A DNA stretch of 64,000 bases from an uncultured cyanobacterium (GTDB lineage: Bacteria; Cyanobacteriota; Cyanobacteriia; PCC-9006; JAAUQQ01), in contig OY970368.1 in NCBI GenBank assembly GCA_963718615.1, positions 256,001 through 320,000 of the forward strand, read 5' to 3'. Below, in pieces: positions 41,822 to 52,517 of this stretch; position 1 is the stretch's first letter, and each line of letters starts with the position of its first letter. Below the pieces are notes generated by a model, which saw nothing but the letters and a program-made list of their open reading frames with translations, did not search any database and was not told where the DNA came from. The translations under genes and the position numbers were made by a program.

Positions 41822-44665
41822 ATGCCTAAGCTGGTCATTGTCGAATCCCCCACCAAAGCCCGCACGATTCGCAACTATTTGCCCGCCGATTACCGCGTCG
41901 AGGCATCCATGGGGCATGTCCGGGATCTCCCTCAATCGGCCAGTGATATCCCGGAAGAGATCAAGGCCGAGAAAGAATGGGCGACGCTCGGCGTCAATGT
42001 GGACGAAAACTTTCAGCCGCTCTACATTGTCCCGAAAAACAAACAAAAGATTGTCAAAGAGCTCAAGGCAGCGCTGAAGGATGCCGATGAGCTGCTCCTG
42101 GCCACTGACGAAGACCGCGAAGGGGAAAGTATTAGTTGGCACCTGCTGGAGCTGCTTAAGCCCAAGGTGCCGACCAAGCGCATGGTGTTTCACGAGATCA
42201 CCGAAGAGGCGATTCGGGCCTCGCTGGAAAACTGCCGCGATATTAACCAAGAGCTGGTCCATGCCCAGGAAACCCGCCGGGTGCTCGATCGCCTTGTGGG
42301 CTATACGGTTTCTCCCCTGCTCTGGAAAAAAATTGCCCGAGGGCTCTCCGCAGGCCGGGTACAGTCCGTGTCTGTGCGGATGCTGGTTCAGCGGGAGCGA
42401 GAGCGTCGGGCCTTCCGCAAGGGCTCCTATTGGGATTTGAAGGCACTGCTGGCCGGGGCGGATGATGCCAGCAAGGTATTCGATGCCAAGCTGGTCACCG
42501 TGGATGGTCGGCGGGTGGCCACGGGTAGTGATTTTGATGAGAGTACGGGGCGCATTGCCGAAGGACGCAATGTGGTGCTGTTGAGTGAGGCAGAGGCTCG
42601 GGGGTTGTGCGATCGCCTCACCCACAAGCCCTGGACCGTCGCCAGCCTCGAAGAACGCCCCACCACCCGCAAACCCTCACCGCCATTCACCACCTCCACC
42701 CTCCAGCAGGAAGCCAACCGCAAACTGCGGCTCTCCGCCCGCGACACCATGCGCGTCGCTCAGGGGCTCTACGAACGGGGCTACATCACCTACATGCGGA
42801 CGGACTCCGTGCACCTTTCCCAGCAGGCCATCACCGCCGCGCGGGACTGCGTCGAGCACAAGTACGGAGCCCAATACCTCAGCCCCCAGCCCCGCCAATA
42901 CACCACCAAAAGTAAAAACGCCCAGGAGGCCCACGAAGCCATCCGTCCCGCCGGTAGCAGCTTCCGCACCCCCCAGGAGACGGGGCTCTCAGGACAGGAT
43001 TTGGCCCTGTATGACTTGATCTGGAAACGTACCGTTGCCTGTCAGATGGCCGATGCTCGCCAGACGATGATCACGGTCCAACTCGAAGTCGAGAACGCAG
43101 GCTTCCGGGCCAGTGGTAAACGCATCGATTTTCCCGGTTTCTTCCGGGCCTACGTCGAAGGCTCCGATGATCCCGAGGCAGCCCTGGAAGACCAAGAGGT
43201 GTTGTTGCCTGCGCTCAAGGTTGGGGATCACCCCAATTGTCAGGAATTGAATGCCATTGGCCACGAAACCCAGCCCCCGGCGCGCTACACCGAAGCTTCG
43301 CTGGTGAAGGGTTTAGAAAAAGAAGGCATTGGCCGCCCCAGTACCTATGCGTCGATTATTGGGACGATTATCGATCGCAAATACGCCCAACTGAATAACA
43401 ACGCCCTGATTCCAACCTTCACGGCTTTTGCTGTCACCGAACTGCTCGAAAAACATTTTCCGGACTTGGTGGACTACAAATTTACCGCCCGGATGGAGCA
43501 GGCCCTCGACGATATTTCCATGGGGGAACAGGATTGGTTGCCCTATCTCGATCAGTTCTATCGAGGCGAACAGGGACTGGCCCAGCAGGTCAAAACCCGC
43601 GAAGACCAGATTGATCCCACGGAAGCCCGGACGATTGATCTGGCAGACCTGGATGTTAAAGTCCGAATTGGCCGCTTCGGAGCCTATCTGGAGCGCGAGG
43701 CCGAGGGCGAGGGCGATTCGGTCAAGGCCTCGATCCCCAACGATGTCACCCCGGCGGATCTCGATGACGAACAGGTTGAGAAACTGCTCCGGCAAAAAAT
43801 CGAAGGTCCGGACAAAGTCGGGATGCACCCCGAAAGCGGCGAACCAATCTATATCTTGATTGGCAGCTATGGTCCCTATGTCCAGCTTGGCGATGCCACA
43901 GATGAGAACCCCAAACCCAAGCGAGCTTCGCTGCCTAAGGGCGTCACAACCGATGACATCACCCTAGATCTGGCGGTGGGTCTTTTGGCCCTGCCTCGAT
44001 TACTGGGGATCCATCCCGAAACGGGCAACAAAATTCAAGCCAGCCTTGGCCGCTTTGGTCCCTATGTGGTTCACAAAAAAGGGGGAGAAGAGGGCAAGGA
44101 TGATTACCGTTCGCTGAAAGCGGATGATGATGTCCTGACCGTTGAGCTCGATCGCGCCCTAGAACTGTTTGCCCAGCCCAAGCGCGGTCGCGGTGCTCGC
44201 AAAGCCAAGGAACCCCTGCGCACCCTCGGCAACCATCCGGATGATAACGAGCCCATTGCTATTTTTGATGGCCCCTACGGTCCCTATGTCAAACATGGCA
44301 AGGTCAATGCCTCGCTGCCGGAAGGGGCTACCGTCGAAGAGCTGCCCCTGGAAAAAGCCCTAGAATTGCTCGAAGCGAAAGCCGGAACGAAAAAGGGCAA
44401 GAAAACCGCAGCGAAGAAAACCGCAGCGAAGAAAACCGCAGCCAAGAAATCTACAGCCAAAAAGTCTACAGCTAAGAAATCGACGGAAAAGACGGAATCC
44501 CAGCCCACGGAAAAGCAAGCCACGGCTAAAAAATCCACAAAATCTCCGAAGGCTCCCAAAGCCGTTGGCACTAAAACCGCTGCGACGAAGAAGTCGACGG
44601 GGACGAAAAAGACCACCACAAAATCAACGAGCAAATCCACTGCGGCCAAAACGGATGTGGACTAA
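41822..44665 (+). CDS. topA: DNA topoisomerase I with Lys-rich C-terminal tail
   Basis: [53 protein letters not shown]; GRFGPYV repeats; KKTAA repeats. Confidence 0.96.
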   Translation: MPKLVIVESPTKARTIRNYLPADYRVEASMGHVRDLPQSASDIPEEIKAEKEWATLGVNVDENFQPLYIVPKNKQKIVKELKAALKDADELLLATDEDREGESISWHLLELLKPKVPTKRMVFHEITEEAIRASLENCRDINQELVHAQETRRVLDRLVGYTVSPLLWKKIARGLSAGRVQSVSVRMLVQRERERRAFRKGSYWDLKALLAGADDASKVFDAKLVTVDGRRVATGSDFDESTGRIAEGRNVVLLSEAEARGLCDRLTHKPWTVASLEERPTTRKPSPPFTTSTLQQEANRKLRLSARDTMRVAQGLYERGYITYMRTDSVHLSQQAITAARDCVEHKYGAQYLSPQPRQYTTKSKNAQEAHEAIRPAGSSFRTPQETGLSGQDLALYDLIWKRTVACQMADARQTMITVQLEVENAGFRASGKRIDFPGFFRAYVEGSDDPEAALEDQEVLLPALKVGDHPNCQELNAIGHETQPPARYTEASLVKGLEKEGIGRPSTYASIIGTIIDRKYAQLNNNALIPTFTAFAVTELLEKHFPDLVDYKFTARMEQALDDISMGEQDWLPYLDQFYRGEQGLAQQVKTREDQIDPTEARTIDLADLDVKVRIGRFGAYLEREAEGEGDSVKASIPNDVTPADLDDEQVEKLLRQKIEGPDKVGMHPESGEPIYILIGSYGPYVQLGDATDENPKPKRASLPKGVTTDDITLDLAVGLLALPRLLGIHPETGNKIQASLGRFGPYVVHKKGGEEGKDDYRSLKADDDVLTVELDRALELFAQPKRGRGARKAKEPLRTLGNHPDDNEPIAIFDGPYGPYVKHGKVNASLPEGATVEELPLEKALELLEAKAGTKKGKKTAAKKTAAKKTAAKKSTAKKSTAKKSTEKTESQPTEKQATAKKSTKSPKAPKAVGTKTAATKKSTGTKKTTTKSTSKSTAAKTDVD

Positions 44666-44753
44666 CGGCACTCCAACAGACCCCCAGTAACACTCAAAAG
44701 TAAAACCCAGAAGTAAAACAGAATACCTACTAACCCCCATCACCCCTGGGTAT

Positions 44754-45848
44754 ATGGCACAGAAAAATGACACCGCTGCTTTAGCCTTAGCCTTTGTGGT
44801 CACCGTAGGTTTAATCGGCGGAGGATTGTGGTTTTTGTTCGGGCGTTTCGGGTCTCTGCCCAAGGGGGCGATCGCCCCCACTTCCCCCTCCGCTACCAGC
44901 ACTGCTAACAACACCGCTAACAACACCGCTAACAACTCCCCCAACAATCAGGGCCAACCCGATCCCAGCAGTGGCGGCGCAGCAGGGTTTGCAGCGGTCT
45001 CCAACATCCCTACAGGCTTATTTAATTACGGCGGCAGTACCTCCTGGGCTCCGGTGCGACTGGGGGTCGATCCGGCGATTCAGGCTGCGCGCCCCGAGTT
45101 TCGCTTGCGTTATGTCAATCCGGCGGGCGGCTCAGCGGGGTCCAGCACGGGGATTCAAATGCTGCTGCGGGGAGAATTGGCCTTTGCCCAGTCCTCGCGA
45201 CCGATGGAAACAGGGGAATACCAAACGGGACAGCAGCAAGGAACCCCCCTGAAGCAAGTGGCTGTGGCGTTGGATGGCGTGGCCGCTGCGGTCAACCCGA
45301 CGCTCCCGGTCCCTGGGGTAACGGTTGACCAACTGACGCAGATTTATACCGGTCAAATTAGCAACTGGCAAGCGGTTGGCGGACCGGCGCTGCCGATCCA
45401 GCCCCTGATGCGGCCTGTGGATTCGGGGGGGACTTCAGACATGGTCCTTCGGGGACAAGCGCCGGGAGCCAATGTCAAACTTGTCTCCAACACAACCCAG
45501 GCACTGCGCGAACTCAGCAAGACCCCCGGCGCAATTTACTTTGCCTCAGCACCGGAAGTCGTCCCTCAATGCACCATCAAGCCACTGCCCCTGGGCCTGC
45601 AACCGGGCAGTTTTGTCTCGCCCTATCAAGACCCCTATGTACCGCCCGAGCAATGCCCCGGTCGCCGCAATCAACTCAATGCCGCTGCCTTTCAAACCAG
45701 TACCTATCCGCTCACCCGCAATCTTTTTGTGGTGACGAAGCAAAACAGTGGCGTTGAGACTCAGGCGGGAGAAGCCTATGCTCAGCTTTTGTTGTCCGAT
45801 GAGGGGCAGGCGCTGCTAGAGAAGGCGGGGTTTGTCAGGATTCGCTAG
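44754..45848 (+). CDS. PstS-like periplasmic binding protein with N-terminal membrane anchor
   Basis: NYGGSTSW, GSSTGI, AQSSRP, VALDG, SGGT, YPLTRNLFVV. Confidence 0.82.
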   Translation: MAQKNDTAALALAFVVTVGLIGGGLWFLFGRFGSLPKGAIAPTSPSATSTANNTANNTANNSPNNQGQPDPSSGGAAGFAAVSNIPTGLFNYGGSTSWAPVRLGVDPAIQAARPEFRLRYVNPAGGSAGSSTGIQMLLRGELAFAQSSRPMETGEYQTGQQQGTPLKQVAVALDGVAAAVNPTLPVPGVTVDQLTQIYTGQISNWQAVGGPALPIQPLMRPVDSGGTSDMVLRGQAPGANVKLVSNTTQALRELSKTPGAIYFASAPEVVPQCTIKPLPLGLQPGSFVSPYQDPYVPPEQCPGRRNQLNAAAFQTSTYPLTRNLFVVTKQNSGVETQAGEAYAQLLLSDEGQALLEKAGFVRIR

Positions 45849-46117
45849 GACCACTTGGGCTTTAGATCCGCATTCTGTGCTTTGGATTACATCCGAGGGG
45901 CGATCGCACTGGGGCAGGATCGACGGAAATACGTTATCTCTGAAGAACTCGTTTTTCTTTATAAAACGGCATTTTTAGCCCATGCTGTTGCAGAACCGGT
46001 TTTTAGGTGAACTCTAAAGGCAGGTTTTGAGGTGCAAAGTGTTTTTTATAAAGCGCTTTTGCACAAGGTTTTGGTGTTGTGAGCGATCGCGCAATTCAAT
46101 TGAGGTGAGGAGTATCT

Positions 46118-47131
46118 ATGGCTATTCATTGGCTGCAAGCGCTAGAAGTGGGCAAGTACCTGGTCACCCAGCGGCTCAAGGGCAACAAGCAGTTTCCCCT
46201 TGTCCTGATGTTGGAGCCCTTGTTTCGCTGCAACTTGGCTTGTACGGGCTGCGGTAAGATCCAGCACCCCACGGAAATTCTCAAACAGAATCTGAGCCCG
46301 GAAGATTGCTTCCGGGCAGTGGAAGAATGCGGTGCCCCTGTGGTCTCGATTCCAGGCGGTGAGCCGCTGCTCCATCCCCAGATCCAGGAAATTGTTGAGG
46401 GCTTGGTGGCTCGCAAAAAGTTTGTCTATCTCTGCACAAATGGCCTTTTGCTAGAGAAAAGCCTCGACAAGTTTAAGCCTTCGCCCTATTTTTCCTTCAG
46501 TGTCCATTTGGATGGCCTGCGGGAGCACCACGATAAATGCGTGGATCGGGATGGCGTGTTTGATAAAGCCGTCGCTGCGATTAAAGCGGCCAAGGCGCGA
46601 GGCTTCCGGGTCACCACGAACACAACGGTTTTTGAAGGAACGGATCCGCAGGAGATTCAAGCGTTCTTTGATTTTCTGGCGACGTTGGGCGTAGACGGCA
46701 TGATGATCTCACCGGGCTATGGCTACGAATGGGCTCCGGATCAAGACAGCTTTTTGCAAAAGGAAAAAACCAAGGCGCTCTTTCGGGAAATCCTCGCGCC
46801 CTACAAGGCCGGTCAGAAAAAGTGGGTGTTTAACCACAGTCCTCTTTTTCTCGACTTTCTCATGGGTGAAAAGGATTACGAATGCACGCCCTGGGGCAGT
46901 CCAAGCTACAGCGTTTTAGGCTGGCAAAAACCCTGTTATTTACTCAATGAAGGCCATTACAAAACCTTCCAGGAGTTGCTTGATCATACGGACTGGAGTC
47001 AGTATGGCCAAAAGAGCGGCAATCCGAAATGTGCGGACTGTATGGTCCATTGTGGCTATGAGCCGACTGCGGCGTTGGATTCGATGGAACCGAGTAATGT
47101 GGGGCGATCGCTCGCTTCTCTGTTTGGCTAG
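46118..47131 (+). CDS. hpnH: Adenosyl-hopene transferase HpnH (radical SAM)
   Basis: [51 protein letters not shown]. Confidence 0.95.
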   Translation: MAIHWLQALEVGKYLVTQRLKGNKQFPLVLMLEPLFRCNLACTGCGKIQHPTEILKQNLSPEDCFRAVEECGAPVVSIPGGEPLLHPQIQEIVEGLVARKKFVYLCTNGLLLEKSLDKFKPSPYFSFSVHLDGLREHHDKCVDRDGVFDKAVAAIKAAKARGFRVTTNTTVFEGTDPQEIQAFFDFLATLGVDGMMISPGYGYEWAPDQDSFLQKEKTKALFREILAPYKAGQKKWVFNHSPLFLDFLMGEKDYECTPWGSPSYSVLGWQKPCYLLNEGHYKTFQELLDHTDWSQYGQKSGNPKCADCMVHCGYEPTAALDSMEPSNVGRSLASLFG

Positions 47132-47156
47132 GTTGACAACCGTTTCAGAATTCATG

Positions 47157-47190
47157 AAGCCGGAACGGAGCAATCGTTCCGGCTTTTCTC
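47157..47190 (+). terminator. Intrinsic terminator after hpnH
   Basis: aagccggaacg...cgttccggctttt. Confidence 0.7.
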
Positions 47191-47191
47191 A

Positions 47192-47440
47192 TTAGCCGAT
47201 TTGAGTGATGTTGAGGTTGTAGCCCGTTGAACCCGTCACCAGACGGACGCGGGCAAAATAGTTGCCTGCTGCCAACTGACGAGTAAAGGTTTCCGGCAAG
47301 AGCAGCGGATTGGTGGAAGAGTAGAGCACCGTCGTGCCATCTGCCGCCAGGATATCTAGATCAGCATTACCCGTCGCCACTGACAGATTAAACAATAGGC
47401 TGGTGGTCCGGTTCAAAGTGAATTTGTAAGTTGCTGTCAA
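47192..47440 (-). pseudogene. C-terminal PPC (pre-peptidase C) domain remnant, truncated by IS982
   Basis: YKFTL...GNADLDIL...SSTN...E.F...LAAGNYFARV; abuts the IS end. Confidence 0.6.
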
Positions 47441-47444
47441 GTTA

Positions 47445-47565
47445 ACGTCAGTTCCGGTTAAGACTCGGCCGATGGAAGCGCGAAATCAAGGTTGAGAGCC
47501 GGTTGCTTGGGCTGATGGCAGTAGGCAATCAAGCCGCGTAGCAGGGTTGACCGAGAAATTGATGA
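47445..47565 (-). mobile_element. IS982-family right-end remnant
   Basis: Minus strand GLIAYCHQPKQPALNL...TAA followed by terminal CCGGAACTGACGT. Confidence 0.7.
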
Positions 47566-47721
47566 GGTGGTTTTGCCGTTTGGGGTCTGGACTGGGAAGC
47601 TGGCACATCTACAAGTCCTCTCTTGTCTCAGTATTTTCCGGTAAGCCGGAGTTTGCCTTGTAAAAAGAAAAGAGCGACTGTCGCACTTTGATTCATCTTA
47701 GCCTTGTAGTACTAATATTCT

Positions 47722-48264
47722 ATGTTTGATAACGATTTTTATGAACTCAAGAAAGCTCTAGAGTCGGTTACTCTTGAGGTGACACATCTTAAAAATGAAT
47801 TACACAAAAAAGACCTAGAGATAGAGAAGCTTAAAGAATCTGACGAGAATAAATTGCGAACAAGAGTGGGAGAGCAAGACAAAATAATTGAGGAATTGAG
47901 AGAGAATCTCAAAAAAGCTCAAGTAGGTTTATCGGGAGCAAGGGCAGATAACCAAGCTCTGCAAGATAGGATAGCTGGATTAATAAGAGGAACATCTGAC
48001 TTGGAGACACAGGTTAAATCTCTCCGAGATGCGAATGTAGAGCAAGATTTGAAAAATAGAGAGCTGCAATTAGAGCTAAAGCAATCTTTACTAAAAACAT
48101 CTCGCTCAAATGCAGATTTTCAGGATCTGCATGATCGCATAGCAGGACTGGTCAAAGAAAATACAAATCTAAAAAGGGAGGCTATTGCAAAGCAAATGGT
48201 TTCAAAAACATTTAACGGTGTTAAGGGATTGGTTGATCAACTAAAGCCAAAAGTAGAAGACTAG
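47722..48264 (+). CDS. Coiled-coil hypothetical protein
   Basis: 180-aa low-GC ORF with heptad pattern; internal repeat LQDRIAGLI/LHDRIAGLV. Confidence 0.7.
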   Translation: MFDNDFYELKKALESVTLEVTHLKNELHKKDLEIEKLKESDENKLRTRVGEQDKIIEELRENLKKAQVGLSGARADNQALQDRIAGLIRGTSDLETQVKSLRDANVEQDLKNRELQLELKQSLLKTSRSNADFQDLHDRIAGLVKENTNLKREAIAKQMVSKTFNGVKGLVDQLKPKVED

Positions 48265-48381
48265 CGTATCTGATTTAGGTCAGATCAAATCTCAAGGTTC
48301 AGTCGCTTTTAGCCTTCTGACACATCCTTCTAATATAGGGGCAATCAGCATAGAAGCTTCTTAAGTTAGTTTCAGTTCAAG

Positions 48382-48768
48382 ATGCATATGTTTAATCTTT
48401 ATAGCGAGGCTGTTCAGCTAGAACGCTCAATTAGAGAGATAAAGTCATCTCAAAATTCTTTGAATTGGCAGTATGAGCAAGCCAAGAAAGAGAAGAAAAA
48501 GTGGGAAAATCGGGTTGAATTAGCTGAGCAGCATTTAAAGCTTGACCTGGCTGATGCAGCTCTTTCTGAGTGCAAAAAAAGAGCAAGTTTGATTGAATTA
48601 CTTGAGCTGCGTATGAAAAGTAGAGAGAAAGCCATGGATACTGCTATGCAACGTCTAGAGTCAGTAGAGCTAAAAATTTATGAGGGTTTGTCTAGAAGAT
48701 TTGCTCATAAAATTTTTGCTGTTGACGAAGAGTTAGCTCTTTTGAAGAAACAAATTGATAATCTCTAG
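48382..48768 (+). CDS. Short PspA/IM30-like coiled-coil protein
   Basis: KWENRVELA....KLDLADAAL and terminal VDEELALLKKQIDNL resemble PspA/Vipp1 motifs. Confidence 0.6.
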   Translation: MHMFNLYSEAVQLERSIREIKSSQNSLNWQYEQAKKEKKKWENRVELAEQHLKLDLADAALSECKKRASLIELLELRMKSREKAMDTAMQRLESVELKIYEGLSRRFAHKIFAVDEELALLKKQIDNL

Positions 48769-48921
48769 GGGGAGAGTCATGCCGAGATATATGTAAAAAG
48801 TTCAAGTAGATTCCAGGATGTCTACTAGGGGTATGGCAACGACCCTTACGAAGAGAAGAAGGCTCTAAAAGTTATTTTGTGGTTGTTTCAGAGGCCAGGA
48901 AGGCCTATAGGAGTTACGTAA

Positions 48922-49326
48922 ATGGCTTATGTTCATGAAATAAAATTTTTTCTAAAAGATGATGAATTGTATGTAGCTCTATTTGACAATCCACCACCTT
49001 TGATAAAGGAATTCTGGATCAAAAACGTAATAGCAGAGGAGTTGGGAGTTTCTGAGCTTCCTCAACACTTGCAGCTAGATAAAAAATATAAAGTAGAAGC
49101 GCTTGGAATTAGGCCATTTCATGCGACTAAGCCTGAATTTAAGTTCATGAATGAACTGGCGAAAACAGCTTGGAAAATTGTGGCAAGCCCACAATCTATC
49201 ACCAACAACTTCAATGGTCCAATGTCGGGTTTCATCGGTAGTCAGTTCACAGGCAATGCGAAGGCTGATGAGAACAACTTTACTCAGACCAACCAACCCC
49301 CCACAGAAAGTGGGCCACAAGTTTAG
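48922..49326 (+). CDS. Hypothetical protein (possibly N-terminally decayed)
   Basis: 134-aa low-GC ORF with an N/G-rich tail (TNNFNGPMSGF). Confidence 0.5.
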   Translation: MAYVHEIKFFLKDDELYVALFDNPPPLIKEFWIKNVIAEELGVSELPQHLQLDKKYKVEALGIRPFHATKPEFKFMNELAKTAWKIVASPQSITNNFNGPMSGFIGSQFTGNAKADENNFTQTNQPPTESGPQV

Positions 49327-49619
49327 ACGTATTCCTGTGGCTGACTTCAAATCTAAGTGCGCCCTCCCTATTCTGTAACCCTTTTTGGGATCCCCTACTT
49401 GGCTGGGGTCTTTTGTTGCTCAAAATTCAATCCCATCAAAGCTTTTAGGCTTAGCGACAAAAACATAGGCTGACAACCGTTAGCTCAGCTTCAACGTCTC
49501 GGGTAGCACACGCATTGACCTGTCCATTCGCCAAAATCACGGGTTTCATGAACCGAATACCAAGCCCCCGAATCCCTCGAACCCCAACAAACCACCCTCA
49601 CAAGCATCCCCGAAGCCGC

Positions 49620-50293
49620 ACCTGTTACTTCGCCGAACTCCAAAAAGCCGGGTAAACTCACCTACCGCCCCGCCGTCAAAACCTGCACCGCCGTCCGACT
49701 GAACGCGGGAAATGTGGGAGACACGATCGCCTCATCCCCCATAAAATCCCTAAACACATAGGCCCCAGCCACCAAAGTACCAACTTTCACCACCGCAAAA
49801 TCGGGGTCAATAATCCAATATTCACGAATACCCCGCTCCGCATATTCCAGAGTCTTTTCTTGGTAGTCGCGGTCATGGGACCGCTTATCCGTCTTACTAT
49901 TAGACACCACTTCCACAACCAACATCGGTGGAGCAAATCCCGCACGCAGTAACTTGCCATCATCAAAAATTGCCGCATCAGACTCAGGCGTATGAATCAT
50001 CAAATCCGGTTGTCGAGCCGTTGCCTTCGTGGAACTGACTCCAACCTGATGCCCAATCACGATGTGTTCTTCCGGCACACCCAATCGTGCAAAGGCAAAC
50101 GCCAACATCATCGCAATCCTGGGATTCAGCGGATTTTCTGCCCCCATCTCGACTAATACCCCATCCACCAGTTCGTAGCGGGTATCCGTGCCATCGTCAT
50201 AGGCTAGATACTCCTCAAGCGTCATGCCTTTGGTAGAGGCGATCGCTATGGGATGGCTCTCTAATTCTTTCACCTAGGTAGTTCTATTGTATT
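49620..50293. repeat. Direct repeat copy A (MmeI tail + Uma2), 2110 bp from copy B
   Basis: tacttcgccgaactccaaaaagccgggtaaac at 49626 and 51736; near-identical Uma2 bodies. Confidence 0.9.
49662..50273 (-). CDS. Uma2 family endonuclease-like protein, copy A
   Basis: [51 protein letters not shown]. Confidence 0.88.
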   Translation of the reverse strand: MKELESHPIAIASTKGMTLEEYLAYDDGTDTRYELVDGVLVEMGAENPLNPRIAMMLAFAFARLGVPEEHIVIGHQVGVSSTKATARQPDLMIHTPESDAAIFDDGKLLRAGFAPPMLVVEVVSNSKTDKRSHDRDYQEKTLEYAERGIREYWIIDPDFAVVKVGTLVAGAYVFRDFMGDEAIVSPTFPAFSRTAVQVLTAGR

Positions 50294-50668
50294 AGACCTC
50301 TTACACGAATAGCCGGAGAGAGAGTTTGGGCTTGAAGAGTAATAAAGCGACCTTGCGATCGCCATGCACTACAGCCAACTCAAAACCCTCAAACCTGTCG
50401 AATTTCGTCGTTACAGCGGAATCAGGCCAGAGACGTTTGAACGTCTTGCCAATGACTTACGCCCGCATCTGCCGAAAGCGGGTCAGCGGAGTGGGCAACC
50501 GGGTTTCACAGTAGAAGACCAGTTGCGCATCACCCTGGAGTACTGGCGAGAGTCCCGTACACAGTTCCACATCGCCGCAAGCAGTTCGGCTTACGCTTCA
50601 ACCTGATTGCTTCCCTATACAACGTGGAACTCGATCAGAGTGCCGTTTAGGATTCATGCAAGAGGTCT
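50294..50668 (+). mobile_element. Internally deleted IS5-family (ISL2/IS702-like) element
   Basis: IRs AGACCTCTTACACGAAT / ATTCATGCAAGAGGTCT; ATT on both flanks; transposase N-terminus (EDQLRITLEYWRE) joined to C-terminus (FGLRFNLIASLYNVEL). Confidence 0.85.
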
Positions 50669-50941
50669 ATTACTTTTGAATCCGCAGATCTGAATCCTTG
50701 CGAAGAAACAACTTGATAATCTCTAAGATTTCATGCTGAGATACGTGTAAAAAAGTGCCGGTAGATTCTGAAGTCTTTGCAGGCCTATGGCCCCGACGTT
50801 ACAGAAAATGGGCCACAAACCACCTTCGACTCTTGACAGGCGAACTGATTGCCGGAGTTTGGGAAATATAAACCTACGGTCCAGATATGACGACATAATG
50901 AGTAGCCAGACTGCGGACTCTCCAGTCAGGAAAACACTTCT

Positions 50942-51418
50942 ATGAAAGATCCTATTCGCCTACTGTATCTTCTACTCACCCGAGGACTTCTACTCTCTTC
51001 CATACTGTTTGTCTTAACACTATGGGGAGTGCTAGATCCCCTTTGGGCTCATCTAGATAAAGAAGATCTTAAACGTAATGCCGTTTCCTGGGCTAGCGAT
51101 GTCATTGCACTGGATATTCCTAGGAATACTGTGATGATAGAGGGGGATACGTCTATCACCAGTATGCAAGGAGATGGACATCGAGAAGTTATCCTTCAAA
51201 TTACTCCCAATGACGCACAAGACTTTCTCACTCAAATTCAGCAGGCTCCCGAGTGGAAAATTGATCCTTCAACTTGTCTAACTGATGACAACAATGATTG
51301 TATCAACCACAGTAAAGCCTGCTATCGCTTAGACAAGAAACTCGGACATGATGGGCAAGCTGATGCTACGTTCTGCCCCGGCACAGGCAAGTTAGAGCTT
51401 TACGTGACTTGGACTTAG
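50942..51418 (+). CDS. Hypothetical membrane-anchored or exported protein with 4 Cys
   Basis: N-terminal TM helix; low GC; 158 aa. Confidence 0.65.
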   Translation: MKDPIRLLYLLLTRGLLLSSILFVLTLWGVLDPLWAHLDKEDLKRNAVSWASDVIALDIPRNTVMIEGDTSITSMQGDGHREVILQITPNDAQDFLTQIQQAPEWKIDPSTCLTDDNNDCINHSKACYRLDKKLGHDGQADATFCPGTGKLELYVTWT

Positions 51419-51424
51419 GTAGGT

Positions 51425-51765
51425 GTGTCACTCAGCCATATTTTTGAACAATTATTTTTGAACAATAATGTTATTCCTGACAATAAACTAATCGTTATTG
51501 CGCTTGAAGATACTTATCACCTTGGTATACTTTCTAGTACAATCCATGTGACATGGGCTCTATCGGTTATCGGTTGGTGGGCAACTTGGCCCTACACCTG
51601 TATATCCAAAATCCAGTTGCTTCGATCCCTTCCCCTTCCCTGATTCTACCGAACCCCAAAATCCAAACCACCCTCGAAGCCCTCGAAACCCTCGGCCTCG
51701 TTGCAAAACACCTCGAAAACGGCCACATCACCTGGTACTTCGCCGAACTCCAAAAAGCCGGGTAA
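51425..51765 (+). pseudogene. Remnant of an MmeI-like type IIG/IIL R-M enzyme C-terminus
   Basis: IPDNKLIVIALEDTYHLGILSSTIHVTWAL, then in shifted frames KSSCFDPFPFP and LEALETLGLV...WYFAELQKAG*. Confidence 0.7.
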
Positions 51766-52402
51766 ACCCACCTATCGCCCCGCCGTCAAAACCTGCACCG
51801 CCGTCCGACTGAACGCGGGAAATGTGGGAGACACGATCGCCTCATCCCCCATAAAATCCCTAAACACATAGGCCCCAGCCACCAAAGTACCAACTTTCAC
51901 CACCGCAAAATCGGGGTCAATAATCCAATATTCACGAATACTCCGCTCCGCATATTCCAGAGTCTTTTCTTGGTAGTCGCGGTCATGGGATCGCTTATCC
52001 GTCTTACTATTAGACACCACTTCCACAACCAACATCGGTGGAGCAAATCCCGCACGCAGTAACTTGCCATCATCAAAAATTGCCGCATCAGACTCAGCCG
52101 TATGAATCATCAAATCCGGTTGTCGAGCCGTTGCCTTCGTGGAACTGACTCCAACCTGATGCCCAATCACGATGTGTTCTTCCGGCACACTCAATCGTGC
52201 AAAGGCAAACGCCAACATCATCGCAATCCTGGGATTCAGCGGATTTTCTGCCCCCATCTCAACTAATACCCCATCCACCAGTTCGTAGCGGGTATCCGTG
52301 CCATCGTCATAGGCCAGATACTCCTCAATCGTCATGGGTTTAGTGGAGGCGATCGCCATGGAGTAGCTCCCGAATCTTTCACCCAGGTTATCCCATTGTA
52401 TT
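51730..52402. repeat. Direct repeat copy B (MmeI tail + Uma2)
   Basis: Matches 49620-50293. Confidence 0.9.
51772..52359 (-). CDS. Uma2 family endonuclease-like protein, copy B
   Basis: Differs from copy A at a few residues (e.g. RLSVP/RLGVP, TAES/TPES, ERSI/ERGI). Confidence 0.88.
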   Translation of the reverse strand: MAIASTKPMTIEEYLAYDDGTDTRYELVDGVLVEMGAENPLNPRIAMMLAFAFARLSVPEEHIVIGHQVGVSSTKATARQPDLMIHTAESDAAIFDDGKLLRAGFAPPMLVVEVVSNSKTDKRSHDRDYQEKTLEYAERSIREYWIIDPDFAVVKVGTLVAGAYVFRDFMGDEAIVSPTFPAFSRTAVQVLTAGR

Positions 52403-52447
52403 GCGCAGTGGTTTCAGATTATCGATCTCCAGGTCTAGACCACCACC

Positions 52448-52474
52448 CGCTCTTTTGATTTGTCTAAATTCCAG
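52448..52474 (-). mobile_element. Isolated IS end matching 32603-32629
   Basis: Reverse complement ctggaatttagacaaatcaaaagagcg vs ctggagtttagacaaatcaaaagagcg. Confidence 0.6.
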
Positions 52475-52517
52475 TTGTACGATAGAGGGATAAACCGTGT
52501 CTTAAAAACCAGCCACC

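Noticed and set aside
44395-44660. KKTAA repeats at the end of topA
   Set aside because: Lys-rich tails are a known feature of this TopA type and are not novel.
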